Assembly (NCBI RefSeq): GCF_044763225.1
Contig: NZ_JBIWFX010000002.1
Coordinates: forward strand, 487,080-551,079
Reading direction: 5' to 3'
From: Kitasatospora sp. NPDC096147
GTDB lineage: Bacteria; Actinomycetota; Actinomycetes; Streptomycetales; Streptomycetaceae
Length of the DNA stretch: 64,000 nt
The position numbers and the translations under genes were made by a program. Below, piece after piece: positions 37,382 to 47,312 of this stretch; the stretch's first letter is position 1; every line of letters begins with the position of its first letter. The notes under the pieces were generated by a model, which worked only from the letters and a program-made list of their open reading frames with translations, made no database searches and was not told the origin of the DNA.

Positions 37382-38314
37382 TCACTCCTCCCAGGAGTTC
37401 CCGGTCCGCAGGCGGGTCAGGATTCTGGACAGTAGCCGGGAGACGTGCATCTGCGACATACCGAGTTCGGTGGAGATCTGGGACTGCGTCAGGTTCGCGA
37501 AGAACCGGAGCATGATGATCCGCCGCTCCCGCTCGGGCAGTTGCACCAGCAGGTGCCGCACCATGTCCCGGTGCTCCACGTCGGCCAGCGCCGAGTCCTC
37601 GTAGCCCAGCCGGTCCAGCAGGGCCAGTCCGCCCTCGTGCTCCTGCGCCGCCTCCAGCGAGGCCGCGTTGTACGCCCGCCCGGCCGCCAGGCAGGCCCGG
37701 ACGTCCTCCTCCGGGATCCGCAGGTTGGCCGCGATCTCCGGCACCTTGGGCGAGCGCCCGTGAGTGACCGTCAACTCCTCCATCGCGCCGCTGACCTGGA
37801 CCCAGAGCTCCTGGAGCCGGCGCGGCACGTGCATGGTCCGGACGTTGTCCCGGAAGTAGCGCTTGATCTCGCCCAGGATGGTCGGCAGCGCGTAGGTCGG
37901 GAACTGCACGCCCCGGGTCGGGTCGAAGCGGTCGATCGCGTTGATCAGGCCGATGGTGCCGACCTGGACGATGTCCTCCATCGGCTCGTTCCGGCTGCGG
38001 AAGCGGGTCGCCGCGTAGCGCACCAGCGGGATGTTCGCCTCGATCAGCGCCGCCCGCACCCGGTCCCGCTCCGGCGCTCCCGGCGGCAGCTCGGCCAGCC
38101 GCTCGAAGAGCACCCGGGTCAGCGTCCGGACGTCGACCTGGCCCCGGCCGGTGCCGCCGCGCACCTCCACCGGCCCGCCCTCCGCCACGGGGGGCTCCTG
38201 CTCGACGGCCTCCGGCGCACTGCTGTCCTGACTGTCCTGCGTCCGCACGGCCACGCCACCCCTCCCACGTCCTGCGGCCCGTCCCACCGGTCGTGGTCCG
38301 CTGCCCGTCATCAC
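37382..38314 (-). CDS. Group 3 (SigB/SigF-type) sigma factor, tandem paralogue
   Basis: Same domain order. It shares a near-identical ~75-nt tract with the neighbouring sigma gene (37935-38015 vs 36733-36810). Confidence 0.8.
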   Translation of the reverse strand: MMTGSGPRPVGRAAGRGRGGVAVRTQDSQDSSAPEAVEQEPPVAEGGPVEVRGGTGRGQVDVRTLTRVLFERLAELPPGAPERDRVRAALIEANIPLVRYAATRFRSRNEPMEDIVQVGTIGLINAIDRFDPTRGVQFPTYALPTILGEIKRYFRDNVRTMHVPRRLQELWVQVSGAMEELTVTHGRSPKVPEIAANLRIPEEDVRACLAAGRAYNAASLEAAQEHEGGLALLDRLGYEDSALADVEHRDMVRHLLVQLPERERRIIMLRFFANLTQSQISTELGMSQMHVSRLLSRILTRLRTGNSWEE

Positions 38315-38497
38315 CTCGCGCCAGGTCCGGCAAAAACGGTCATAGCATCACAAGTCGTGCACATCGTGAGCAAGCACCCGTCTTAGGCGTGTTGGCGGAT
38401 GGTCGGGAGAGCTGTCGGGGTGCGGAACGGCCCCCTGGCACGGTGCGTGCCAGGGGGCCGAAGGGTACTTCCGGTACGACCTTTCGGTCGGACGGGC

Positions 38498-38791
38498 TCA
38501 GACCTCGATGTCCGCGATCACCCAGGTGGCGAACTCACGCCACTGTCCGGCGGCTGCCTGATGGGCCGGGTGGCCCAGGTACGCGGCCAGCGCCTCGCGG
38601 TCCTCCACCAGGCTGTTGATCGCGTAGTCGTAGGCGATGTCCCGCTCGGTGGTGTTCCAGCCGCACTCCCACTCGCGCAGCTCGGAGATCAGCCCGCCGA
38701 GCTCCTCGAACGCCTTCGCGCCGGCCACCGCACGCTCGTCGTCCTTGCCGACGCCGTCGTTGAGCCTGAACAGGACCAGATGCCGAATCAC
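38498..38791 (-). CDS. Dabb (stress-responsive alpha/beta-barrel) family protein
   Basis: GTG start at 38791. The 97-aa sequence is (M)IRHLVLFRLNDG...HPAHQAAAGQWREFATWVIADIEV. Confidence 0.6.
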   Translation of the reverse strand: MIRHLVLFRLNDGVGKDDERAVAGAKAFEELGGLISELREWECGWNTTERDIAYDYAINSLVEDREALAAYLGHPAHQAAAGQWREFATWVIADIEV

Positions 38792-38874
38792 GATGCCGCT
38801 CCCAGCGGTCGAGGGTGTGTGCTGCTTGCCCGCCCACCGTAGCCGCCGCCCGTCCGGCCCCGTCCGCGCGTCCG

Positions 38875-39015
38875 CTAGCTGACCAGCCCGGTCATGAACG
38901 TCCCGATCGCCTTGGCCGCGTCCGAGATCCCGACGAAGCCCGACTGCACCAGCTCGGCCGCCCTGGTCGGGGAGGTGATCACCGTGTAGATCACGAAGAT
39001 CAGCAGCAGCCACAT
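38875..39015 (-). CDS. Possible micro-ORF (46 aa) encoding a small hydrophobic peptide
   Basis: MWLLLIFVIYTVITSPTRAAELVQSGFVGISDAAKAIGTFMTGLVS. Not in the ORF track because it is under 60 aa. No other support. Confidence 0.2.
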   Translation of the reverse strand: MWLLLIFVIYTVITSPTRAAELVQSGFVGISDAAKAIGTFMTGLVS

Positions 39016-39316
39016 CCCGATCCTCTTCGCCTGCGCCACCCTGCTCGCCGCCTCCCGCTAGCCCGCCCGGCCCAATCCCCGAGCAGCTTATCGACCGGAC
39101 GGCCCATCAGGTCGGCACCCCGTTCACCCTCCGGGACGAAGGTCCCCCCAAGACGGGCCCTTCTCCGCTCGCCCGCCCCCACCCCGTCCAGCAGGATGGA
39201 ACACGTACCGAGGGATCTGGCAGGAATCCGCGGTACGAGGACCGGAGCTCCCCGCTGTGGGACCGGGCGTCGTGGCTTCCCCCCGACACGACCCCGGTTG
39301 TGGGACCTCCGCCCGG

Positions 39317-39347
39317 GGCAGCCGTCCGTCCCCCCGGGACGGCTGCC
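39317..39347 (-). terminator. 11-bp stem-loop downstream of the HNH gene
   Basis: ggcagccgtcc-gtccccccg-ggacggctgcc. Confidence 0.45.
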
Positions 39348-39385
39348 CCCTCAACAGGCCTCGCACTCACCCCGGGCCACGGTGG

Positions 39386-40291
39386 TCAAAGCCCCGAGTG
39401 CGGGGCCTCTTGCATGCCCGCGCCCAGGCGTTCCAGGGCGGCGTCCTTCTCCGCGACGGCTGCTGCCAGCACCTCCAGGAGCCGGTGCCGGTGCCGGCCC
39501 CGGCCCTTCAGGGCATGGCAGTTGGGGCAGAGCGCGATCATCAGCTCCGGGACGTCCTCGCCGGTCGCCGCCAGCCCGTTGAGGTGGTCCACCTCCAGCA
39601 GGGGCGCCCCGCGGTCCGTCAGTTCGTCCGGGTGGCCGAGGCAGCCCGGGTTCTCACACCTGCCGCCCGAGCGCAGCAGCACGGCCCGCCGGGCGGACCG
39701 CGTCCGCTTCGGGCGCTCACCGCCGACCGGTGCGCTGCGGTCCTCGCCCCGCCGCTCGGCTGAGGCGTGGGCCGAACGCTTGAGGCTCCGGTAGCGCGCT
39801 GCCGTCTGCTCGGGGGACGACGGGGACACCACCACCTCGTCCGCCGGCCCCGGGCCGTGCCAGCCGATGCGTGCCGCCACCCCGGCCGGCACCGGATCGA
39901 GGTGGCGCTCCAGCAGGGACTCGGTGATCTCGTCGGCCAGTTGACGGTCCGCCAGTAGCAGGGCGTGGTCCTCCGGGGGCAGCCCGGCGAGCGGGTCCGG
40001 CGCGTTCAAGGCGCTCACCAAGGGCCGCCGGCCGCCGCTGGTGAGCGGCAGCGTGCCGGCACCCTCGATCTCCCAGAGGCCGTTGAGGTGCAGCACCCAG
40101 AACGGGTAGAGCGCTCCGTCCGACCGCCCGTACTCGGCCAGCAGGGCGTCCGTCTCCTCCCGGATGACCGACCAGTGCTGGAGCCTCGGCCGTCCTCGCA
40201 GGGCCTGGTCGATCGCCCAGAGCAGCAGAAGCGGCCGGTGCGGGTGCTGGATCGACAGGCCGTCGATGCGGGACGTCAGCGAAGAGGGCAT
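39386..40291 (-). CDS. HNH-nuclease domain protein with uncharacterised N-terminal domain (possible modification-dependent/type IV restriction-like enzyme)
   Basis: The C-terminus has HNH with a Cys4 zinc knuckle: C..C, a His (HPDEL; catalytic residue not assigned), HLNG (Asn) and CPNCH. The N-terminal ~190 aa (LLLLWAIDQAL...YPFWVLHLNGLWEI) was not recognised. It starts 72 bp downstream of the tRNA-Ser 3' end. Confidence 0.6.
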   Translation of the reverse strand: MPSSLTSRIDGLSIQHPHRPLLLLWAIDQALRGRPRLQHWSVIREETDALLAEYGRSDGALYPFWVLHLNGLWEIEGAGTLPLTSGGRRPLVSALNAPDPLAGLPPEDHALLLADRQLADEITESLLERHLDPVPAGVAARIGWHGPGPADEVVVSPSSPEQTAARYRSLKRSAHASAERRGEDRSAPVGGERPKRTRSARRAVLLRSGGRCENPGCLGHPDELTDRGAPLLEVDHLNGLAATGEDVPELMIALCPNCHALKGRGRHRHRLLEVLAAAVAEKDAALERLGAGMQEAPHSGL

Positions 40292-40322
40292 CGGTGCACG
40301 CCTCTCGGAAGTGGGGAACGCC

Positions 40323-40355
40323 GAAGGGCCCCGATCCGGTGGATCGGGGCCCTTC
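40323..40355 (-). terminator. 15-bp perfect hairpin immediately downstream of tRNA-Ser
   Basis: gaagggccccgatcc-ggt-ggatcggggcccttc. Confidence 0.6.
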
Positions 40356-40362
40356 GGGCTTC

Positions 40363-40452
40363 TGGCGGTAGCGGTGGGATTCGAACCCACGGTGAAGTTG
40401 CCCCCACACACGCTTTCGAGGCGTGCTCCTTTGGCCGCTCGGACACGCTACC
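40363..40452 (-). tRNA. tRNA-Ser (anticodon CGA), 90 nt with long variable arm and encoded CCA
   Basis: The reverse complement folds as GGTAGCG-TG-TCCGAGCGGCCAAAGGA-GCACGCC-TCGAAAG-GCGTG... with a long variable arm. The T-arm is GTGGGTTCGAATCCCAC, followed by CGCTACC-G-CCA. Confidence 0.85.
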
Positions 40453-40496
40453 GAGACGAGACTCTACCGGACGGGGCGGGCTCGGACGAAATCCGT

Positions 40497-41012
40497 TCAG
40501 CGGTGGGTGTCGAACCAGGTGCGGAGCTGGTCGGCGCAGGCGGTGGCGAGGACGCCGGGGATGACCTCGGGGCGGTGGTTGAGGCGGCGGTCGCGGACGA
40601 CGTCGAAGAGGGAGCCGGCGGCGCCGGCCTTGTCGTCGTGGGCGCCGTAGACGACGCGGTCGAGGCGGGAGAGGACGATGGCGCCGGCGCACATGGTGCA
40701 GGGTTCGAGGGTGACCACCAGTGTGCAGCCGCTGAGGCGCCACTCGCCGAGGGCGGCGGCGGCCTGCCGGATGGCGACCACCTCGGCGTGGCCGGTGGGG
40801 TCGCCGAGGGCCTCGCGGACGTTGTGGCCGCGGCCGAGGACGGTGCCGTCGGGGCCGAGCACGAGCGCCCCGACCGGTACGTCCCCGGTGGCGGTGGCGA
40901 GTGCGGCCTCGTCGATGGCGAGGCGCATCGCGTCCGTCCAGCGGTCGCGTACCGGGTCGGGGCGTACGGGGGCCGGGAGCGGGGCGATCTGCATGGGACC
41001 AGTGTCGGGCAT
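40497..41012 (-). CDS. tadA: tRNA-specific adenosine deaminase TadA
   Basis: The zinc-binding deaminase motifs HAEVVAI and TLEPCTMCAGAI are present. The start may be MQIAPLP at 40994 or the ATG at 41012. Confidence 0.85.
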   Translation of the reverse strand: MPDTGPMQIAPLPAPVRPDPVRDRWTDAMRLAIDEAALATATGDVPVGALVLGPDGTVLGRGHNVREALGDPTGHAEVVAIRQAAAALGEWRLSGCTLVVTLEPCTMCAGAIVLSRLDRVVYGAHDDKAGAAGSLFDVVRDRRLNHRPEVIPGVLATACADQLRTWFDTHR

Positions 41013-41027
41013 GCGGCCCTCAGGGCC

Positions 41028-41576
41028 TCAGCGGACCGCCTCCAGGACTTCGCCGCAGCCGATCGCCTCGGCGATCTCACCGAGGGCGTCGCCGGGCAGC
41101 GCGCCCTCGCCGCTGAGCTCGCGCAGGCCGTCGGCGGCCAGCCCGAAGTCGGCGAGCAGCTCGGGGTCGCCGAGCGGGCCGATCGGGACGCCGCCGTGGC
41201 CGGTGGCGGAGTCCTCGTCGTCGGAGTCCTCGGCGTCGGCCTCGGCGTCCTCGTCGAGGTCGACCAGGCGGTCGAGCTCGTCGAAGTCGTCGGCGCCCCG
41301 GTCGAGGAGCTCGTCGGTGAGGATCGAGCCGTAGGAGCTGCGGGCGGCGGCGGCCCCGTCCGAGACGAAGATCCGCGGATCCTCCTCGCCGTCCACCCGG
41401 AGGACGGCGAACCACGCGTCCTCCTGCTCGATGAAGATCAGGACGCTGTCGTCGTCCTGGGCGGCCTCCCGGGCCAGGTCGGCCAGGTCGGTCAGGGTCT
41501 CGACGTCGTCCAGTTCTGTCTCGCTCACGTCCCACCCGCCGGAGGTGCGAGCAAGCACTGCAGCGAAGTACGCCAC
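41028..41576 (-). CDS. tRNA adenosine deaminase-associated acidic protein (actinobacterial family found next to tadA)
   Basis: (V)[14 protein letters not shown]... is followed by a strongly acidic C-terminal half ([15 protein letters not shown]). Start chosen at GTG 41576. Confidence 0.5.
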   Translation of the reverse strand: MAYFAAVLARTSGGWDVSETELDDVETLTDLADLAREAAQDDDSVLIFIEQEDAWFAVLRVDGEEDPRIFVSDGAAAARSSYGSILTDELLDRGADDFDELDRLVDLDEDAEADAEDSDDEDSATGHGGVPIGPLGDPELLADFGLAADGLRELSGEGALPGDALGEIAEAIGCGEVLEAVR

Positions 41577-41761
41577 CAGGGACTCTCCCAAGATTGGTCT
41601 CGGCTGTCGGCGATCTCGGAACGGGCGCGGCCTGGCCGCCCCCGCGCCGGGTGCGGCCCGTGTGCGGACCGTCCCTCCGGCATCGTGACAGAAAGCCCGG
41701 CGCTGCGGGGAGTGTTCGGCAGCGCGTCTTCGCAGGTCGTGTCGGAATGACCGGCGCACCG

Positions 41762-41968
41762 TCAGATTCGGAAGGTTCGCATCCGGAGGGCTTCGCGCAT
41801 CCTGCGCTCCTTGGTGCGCCGTGGTTGCACCCTGGCGCGGAGCTCACGGGCCTCGGCCAGCTCGCGCAGGAAGACTGCGCGCCGGCGGCGGCGTTCGGCT
41901 TCGGTCTCGTGCGGGACCTCGGGCTCCTCTGTCGAGCGAGGCCCGGGTGCCGGGGTGCTGCTCTTCAT
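41762..41968 (-). CDS. Possible small basic protein (68 aa)
   Basis: ATG-initiated ORF with an Arg-rich helix ([21 protein letters not shown]). No clear RBS. Weak. Confidence 0.25.
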   Translation of the reverse strand: MKSSTPAPGPRSTEEPEVPHETEAERRRRRAVFLRELAEARELRARVQPRRTKERRMREALRMRTFRI

Positions 41969-42133
41969 AGGGTCCGACTTTCCCAGATGTGTCCGGTAAA
42001 TACCACAGCAGGAACGCGGTTCCGGCCCCCGGGGTCACCGGGGGAGGGGCGGACGGGTGCCGAAGCCCGCAGGTGGGGGTGGGTGCGGCCCGGCTGGTCG
42101 TACGGGTGTGCCGATGCCCGTTATGGTCGGAAC

Positions 42134-42769
42134 ATGCGTCTCCATGTCGTCGACCACCCGCTGGTGGCCCACAAGCTCTCCACCCTGCGTGACGAGCGCA
42201 CCGACTCCCCGACCTTCCGTCGCCTCACCGACGAGCTGGTCACCCTGCTCGCCTACGAGGCCACCCGGGACGTGCGGACCGACGCGGTGGAGATCACCAC
42301 CCCGGTCGCCGTCACCACCGGGACCCGCCTCAGCTACCCGCGCCCGCTGGTGGTGCCGATCCTGCGGGCCGGTCTCGGCATGCTGGACGGCATGACCCGG
42401 CTGCTGCCGACCGCCGAGGTCGGCTTCCTCGGCATGGTGCGGAACGAGGAGACCCTCGAGGCCTCCACCTACGCCACCCGGATGCCGGACGACCTCTCGG
42501 GCCGTCAGGTGTACGTGCTGGACCCGATGCTGGCCACCGGCGGCACCCTGGTCGCGGCGATCCGGATGCTGATCGAGCGGGGCGCCACCGACGTCACCGC
42601 CGTGGTGCTGCTGGCGGCGCCGGAGGGCGTCGAGGTGATGGAGCGTGAGCTCGCCGGTCTGCCGGTCACCGTGGTGACCGCCGCGGTGGACGAGCGGCTG
42701 AACGAGAACGGCTACATCGTGCCGGGCCTGGGTGACGCGGGCGACCGCCTGTACGGCACGGCCGGCTGA
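42134..42769 (+). CDS. upp: Uracil phosphoribosyltransferase
   Basis: [20 protein letters not shown]...[12 protein letters not shown] is collinear with Upp throughout. Confidence 0.9.
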   Translation: MRLHVVDHPLVAHKLSTLRDERTDSPTFRRLTDELVTLLAYEATRDVRTDAVEITTPVAVTTGTRLSYPRPLVVPILRAGLGMLDGMTRLLPTAEVGFLGMVRNEETLEASTYATRMPDDLSGRQVYVLDPMLATGGTLVAAIRMLIERGATDVTAVVLLAAPEGVEVMERELAGLPVTVVTAAVDERLNENGYIVPGLGDAGDRLYGTAG

Positions 42770-42872
42770 GCCGGGCAGCCCGACGGACGCGAGGAGGGCC
42801 CCACCCCCGGCCAGGGGTGGGGCCCTCCTCGCGCTTGACGGCCGGTCAGCAGCTGCCGGTCAGCAGTTGCCG

Positions 42873-43559
42873 TCAGCAGTTGCCGGGCACCGGGGTCGGG
42901 CTCGGCGAGGGCTTGGTGGCCAGCGCCAGCGCCTCGGCGGCCTGGGCCGGTTCGAGCAGGGCGGTGAAGGCGTCGCCGACCACCACGTCCACCGAGCCGT
43001 CGACCCGGGTGTCGGCCGACTTGGTGGCGCCGCCGACCTGGGAGGCGAGCAGGGTGGCGCTGCCGAGGCCGGCCGGGCCGCTGATCACCTGGACGGTGGT
43101 GGTGGGCAGCTTCTCGACGTTGGCCGGCGCGTTGCCGACCTTGCCGATGGTGAAGCCGCGCTTCTTGAACTCCTCGGCGGTGCGGGCCGCGAGACCGGAC
43201 TTGGCGGTGGCGTTGTAGACGTTCACCGTCACGGCGTTCGGCTGCGGTACGGCGGTGGAGGTGGCCCCCGCGGCCGGTGCGGCCGGGGTGGCGGCCGGCG
43301 AGCCGGCCGGTTCGGGGGCGGCGAGCGGCTTGCCGGAGACGGTGGCGTTCGGGGAGGCGCACGCCTGCGCGGTGCCGCCCTTCTTGCCGGAGAAGATGTC
43401 CACCAGCTGCACGCCGCCGAGGGCGATCAGGGCCAGGGCCAGTGCGGCGCCGATCGCGGCAAGGATCTTGCGGCTCTTCTTCGGCGGGCGTCCAAGGCGG
43501 GGGTAGGAGTTACCGGTGATCCGGTACTGCTTCCCCTTCAGTCCCTGGGGAGTCAACAT
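42873..43559 (-). CDS. LytR_C-domain membrane protein
   Basis: N-terminal TM anchor, Ala/Pro linker, then C-terminal VTVNVYNATAKSGLAARTAEEFKKRGF (LytR C-terminal domain-like). Confidence 0.6.
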   Translation of the reverse strand: MLTPQGLKGKQYRITGNSYPRLGRPPKKSRKILAAIGAALALALIALGGVQLVDIFSGKKGGTAQACASPNATVSGKPLAAPEPAGSPAATPAAPAAGATSTAVPQPNAVTVNVYNATAKSGLAARTAEEFKKRGFTIGKVGNAPANVEKLPTTTVQVISGPAGLGSATLLASQVGGATKSADTRVDGSVDVVVGDAFTALLEPAQAAEALALATKPSPSPTPVPGNC

Positions 43560-43782
43560 GCTCACGGGTCGGTCTCCCCCTCGTGCCAGGGCAAGGGTCA
43601 TCGGCGGGTACGGCCGACGGGGGCGGATTGCCGGAGCTTGCGGCCGTAATCAGCAGATTAGTGCCACTCCCGGCCCGGAGGTACTAAATGATCATCATCT
43701 GGAGTACCCGGGCACTCGAAAGGATGTACCGGCGCCCGAACGGACGTCGGCAGCGAGCCGCCCCGGGGGGGGTGACGGAGGG

Positions 43783-44079
43783 TCAGTCCATCTCCAGGAC
43801 GCGGGCGTGCAGCACCTGGCGCTGCTGGAGCGCGGCCCGGACCGCGCGGTGCAGGCCGTCCTCCAGGTAGAGGTCGCCGCGCCACTTCACCACGTGGGCG
43901 AAGAGGTCCCCGTAGAAGGTGGAGTCCTCCGCCAGGAGGGTCTCCAGGTCCAGCTGGCCCTTGGTGGTGACCAGTTGGTCCAGCCGCACCGGGCGCGGTG
44001 CGACGTCCGCCCACTGGCGGGTGGTGGTACGGCCGTGATCCGGGTACGGCCGTGCGTTGCCGATGCGCTTGAAGATCAC
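43783..44079 (-). CDS. Conserved hypothetical protein (98 aa)
   Basis: ATG ORF with typical codon bias. Family not recognised. Confidence 0.45.
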   Translation of the reverse strand: MIFKRIGNARPYPDHGRTTTRQWADVAPRPVRLDQLVTTKGQLDLETLLAEDSTFYGDLFAHVVKWRGDLYLEDGLHRAVRAALQQRQVLHARVLEMD

Positions 44080-44225
44080 ACGGAAAGCCTACCGTCACGC
44101 CGCCCCCGGGCACAGCAAGCGCCGCCCGGCCTGCGTTCGGTGATTCATCGGGATTACATAGGAAAGATCCCTTTTATGGGGGTGTCCTTCTGACGATCCG
44201 TTCGCACTGCGGGGAGCCTGCCGAG

Positions 44226-45821
44226 ATGACCACGGACCAGACCACGGGCCGGACCGCCGGCGTGCCGTCCGACGACGATCTGCCGGGAGCGGTCCGGGAG
44301 ATCGCGGCCGGGTACGCCTTCACCGGGCCGGCCCTGGAGCTCGGCGCGGTGCTGCTGGATGGCACCGCCCACCCCGCGGCGCCGGTCCGCATCCCGCTCG
44401 GCGCGCTGAACCGGCACGGCCTGGTCGCCGGGGCGACCGGCACCGGCAAGACCAAGACCCTCCAGCTGATCGCCGAACAGCTCTCCGCCCAGGGCGTCCC
44501 GGTCTTCCTGGCCGACGTGAAGGGCGACGTCTCCGGCATCTCGGCCCCCGGGCAGGCGAACGAGAAGGTGGCCGGCCGGGCCGCCGAGGTCGGTCAGGTC
44601 TGGTCGGCGCAGGGTTGCCCGGCCGAGTTCTACGCCCTGGGCGGCCTGGGCGACGGCGTCCCGCTGCGGGCCACCGTGACCAGCTTCGGGCCGCTGCTGC
44701 TGTCCAAGGTGCTGGAGCTGAACGAGACCCAGGAGGCCTCGCTCTCGCTGATCTTCCACTTCGCCGACCGGAACGGCCTGGAGCTCTACGACCTCAAGGA
44801 CCTCTCGGCGGTCATCACCTTCCTCACCTCGCCGGAGGGCAAGGAGCAGCTGAAGGGGATCGGCGGGCTCTCGGCCGCGACCGCCGGGGTGATCCTGCGC
44901 TCGCTGACGGTGCTGGAGAACGAGGGGGCCGGGGCGTTCTTCGGCGAGCCGGAGTTCGACATCGCGGAGCTGCTGCGGTGCGCCCCGGACGGGCGCGGGA
45001 TCGTCTCGCTGCTGGAGCTGCCGGCCGTGCAGGACCGGCCCCGGCTGTTCTCCACCTTCCTGATGTGGCTGCTGGCCGAGCTCTACCAGGAGCTGCCGGA
45101 GGTGGGGGACCCGGAGAAGCCCAAGCTGGTGTTCTTCTTCGACGAGGCGCACCTGCTCTTCAAGGGCGCGTCCAAGGGCTTCCTGGAGGCGATCACCCAG
45201 ACGGTGCGGCTGATCCGCAGCAAGGGGGTGGGCGTCTTCTTCGTGACCCAGACCCCGAAGGACGTGCCCGGCGACGTGCTGGCCCAGCTGGGCAACCGGG
45301 TGCAGCACGCGCTGCGGGCCTTCACCCCCGAGGACGCCAAGGCGCTGAAGGCGACGGTCTCCACCTTCCCGAAGTCGGCCGCCTACGACCTCGGCGAGGT
45401 GCTCACCGGGCTCGGGACGGGGGAGGCGGTGGTGACGGTGCTCTCCGAGAAGGGCGCGCCGACGCCGGTCGCGGCCACCCGGCTGCGCGCGCCGCAGTCG
45501 CTGATGGGGCCGGTGGAGCCGGGGGTGCTGCGGGCGGCGGTGGACGGCTCCGCACTGATCGGCCGGTACCGGGACGCGATCGACCGCGAGTCCGCGTACG
45601 AGAAGCTGACGGCCCGTCCGGAGCCCGAGCCGGTGCCGCCGGCGGAGGCGCTGCCCGAGCCGGTGCCGGCCCCCGCGCCGCCGGCTCCGAAGCCCGAGCC
45701 CGGGCTGATGGACTCGCTGCTGAACAACCCGATGCTGAAGTCCTTCGCGCGCTCGGCCGGCACGCAGCTCGGGCGGGAGATCTCCCGGAGCATCTTCGGG
45801 ACCTCCCGGCGCAAGCGCTGA
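44226..45821 (+). CDS. HerA-like ATPase (DUF853 family)
   Basis: Walker A is GATGTGKTKT. A Walker B-like FFFDEAHLLF is present. The Lys/Pro-rich C-terminus is typical of DUF853. Confidence 0.75.
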   Translation: MTTDQTTGRTAGVPSDDDLPGAVREIAAGYAFTGPALELGAVLLDGTAHPAAPVRIPLGALNRHGLVAGATGTGKTKTLQLIAEQLSAQGVPVFLADVKGDVSGISAPGQANEKVAGRAAEVGQVWSAQGCPAEFYALGGLGDGVPLRATVTSFGPLLLSKVLELNETQEASLSLIFHFADRNGLELYDLKDLSAVITFLTSPEGKEQLKGIGGLSAATAGVILRSLTVLENEGAGAFFGEPEFDIAELLRCAPDGRGIVSLLELPAVQDRPRLFSTFLMWLLAELYQELPEVGDPEKPKLVFFFDEAHLLFKGASKGFLEAITQTVRLIRSKGVGVFFVTQTPKDVPGDVLAQLGNRVQHALRAFTPEDAKALKATVSTFPKSAAYDLGEVLTGLGTGEAVVTVLSEKGAPTPVAATRLRAPQSLMGPVEPGVLRAAVDGSALIGRYRDAIDRESAYEKLTARPEPEPVPPAEALPEPVPAPAPPAPKPEPGLMDSLLNNPMLKSFARSAGTQLGREISRSIFGTSRRKR

Positions 45822-46037
45822 GGCCCGGCCACCGGACCGGCGGGCGTCGTCGGAGCGCGAGCGGGGCCTCCCGGCCGGAGGCGGGTGCGAGCGGGTGCGG
45901 ATCGCCGGCGGCCGGCGGGAGGCGGCACGGCGGGTGTCCCGGTGGGTGAGCGTCCGGCGTGATCCGCGGGACGGGCCCGGGGCCGGGAGGGTGCGCGGCG
46001 CGGCGGCGCGCCCTCCCGGCGGGGTGGTGACGGGAGG

Positions 46038-47237
46038 TCAGCCGCGCAGGGCCTGGCCGATCCGGTCCATCGAGCTGAGCCGCATCAGGCCGTAGTTGTA
46101 GAACTCGACCTCCGGGACGCCGAGTTCGCGCAGCACGGCGATCTTGGCGGCCAGGTTGGCGGGCCCGTCGCAGTCCTCGGTCATCGGGCGGAGGATGACG
46201 GCCATCTCCTCGGGGCGGACGCCGTGCACCGCGAAGGCGGCGACCTTGTCGCGGACCTCCTCGGGGGTACGGGCGTAGCCGAGGGTCTCGATCTGCTGGA
46301 CGCCCTTGGCCAGGGCGGGCAGGTCGATGCCGGAGAGCCAGCCGGTGCCGGGGCCGCCGCCGTCCATGAAGCTGAGCCGCATGCCGTCGGCCGCCGCCGC
46401 CTCGGCGACCTCGGTGGCCAGCGAGGTGACGGTGCGGGCGGAGGCGTCCACGTACGCGGCCACCGCGCCGTCGGCCAGCTCGTCCAGCGGGAGCGGGACG
46501 GCGGCCCGCCGCTCGTCGGCGAGCCGGGCCCGGATCTCGGCGCGGACCGTGCCGCGGACGGCCTCGGCGCCGTCGCCGAAGGCGGCCCGGCAGTGCTCGC
46601 AGAAGCAGAGGCCGAGCAGCGCCTCGGTGGCCGGGCCGAGCTGCTCGAAGTAGCGCTCGTGGTGGTAGCCGTGGCGCAGGCCGTGGAAGTGCAGCGACTC
46701 GGCCCGGATGGCGTCCACCCCGTAGCGGGCGAACTCGCCGACCAGCGTGGTCGCGTACGCGCGGACCTCCGGGTTGGCCGGGCAGAGCTCGGTCAGGTGG
46801 CGGTCGCCGAAGGCGTTCTCCGGGGAGACCTCGGGGTACCGGAAGCCGAGCCGGTCGTTGTGGCAGAAGACCGTCCAGGCGTGCAGCTTCAGGCCGCGCC
46901 GCTGCGCCTCCTCGGCCGCCTCGGCGAACGGGTCGCGGTCGCCGATCGCGGTGGAGGGCAGCGGGGTGAGGCGCCGGCCGGCCCAGCGGGCCGGGTCGGG
47001 GCGGAAGTAGGCCGCGCCCGGCTCCAGGTAGCGGATCACCCGGTGCGGGTTGTGCGGGAAGACGTCGCGGGCCTCGTGGTAGACCGAGGCCAGGGTGACG
47101 CCGCCGACCCCGGCGCGGTCGGTGAGGTTGCCGAAGAAGGTGTCGGGGCCCTCGTCGATCAGGTCGGTGGCGAAGGCGAGGACGGACGAGTCCACGGGGC
47201 GGCTCCGGGCGGCGGTGGTGCGGGCGGGTGCGACCAC
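46038..47237 (-). CDS. Hypothetical protein (399 aa), possible TIM-barrel glycoside-hydrolase-like fold
   Basis: Strong coding bias. Family not confidently recognised. Confidence 0.5.
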   Translation of the reverse strand: MVAPARTTAARSRPVDSSVLAFATDLIDEGPDTFFGNLTDRAGVGGVTLASVYHEARDVFPHNPHRVIRYLEPGAAYFRPDPARWAGRRLTPLPSTAIGDRDPFAEAAEEAQRRGLKLHAWTVFCHNDRLGFRYPEVSPENAFGDRHLTELCPANPEVRAYATTLVGEFARYGVDAIRAESLHFHGLRHGYHHERYFEQLGPATEALLGLCFCEHCRAAFGDGAEAVRGTVRAEIRARLADERRAAVPLPLDELADGAVAAYVDASARTVTSLATEVAEAAAADGMRLSFMDGGGPGTGWLSGIDLPALAKGVQQIETLGYARTPEEVRDKVAAFAVHGVRPEEMAVILRPMTEDCDGPANLAAKIAVLRELGVPEVEFYNYGLMRLSSMDRIGQALRG

Positions 47238-47312
47238 GCTAACCGGGGGGCGGGCAATGGTCTATACCTGCACGGTGGTCCGTCGATCCGGGGCCGCGCT
47301 CCTCCGGCCGGC

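Noticed and set aside
38400-40452. Calling the tRNA-Ser-adjacent region a complete integrative element or prophage
   Set aside because: - No integrase, excisionase or clear att direct repeat was visible.
- Only a short islet of accessory genes, so it is described as a possible remnant.
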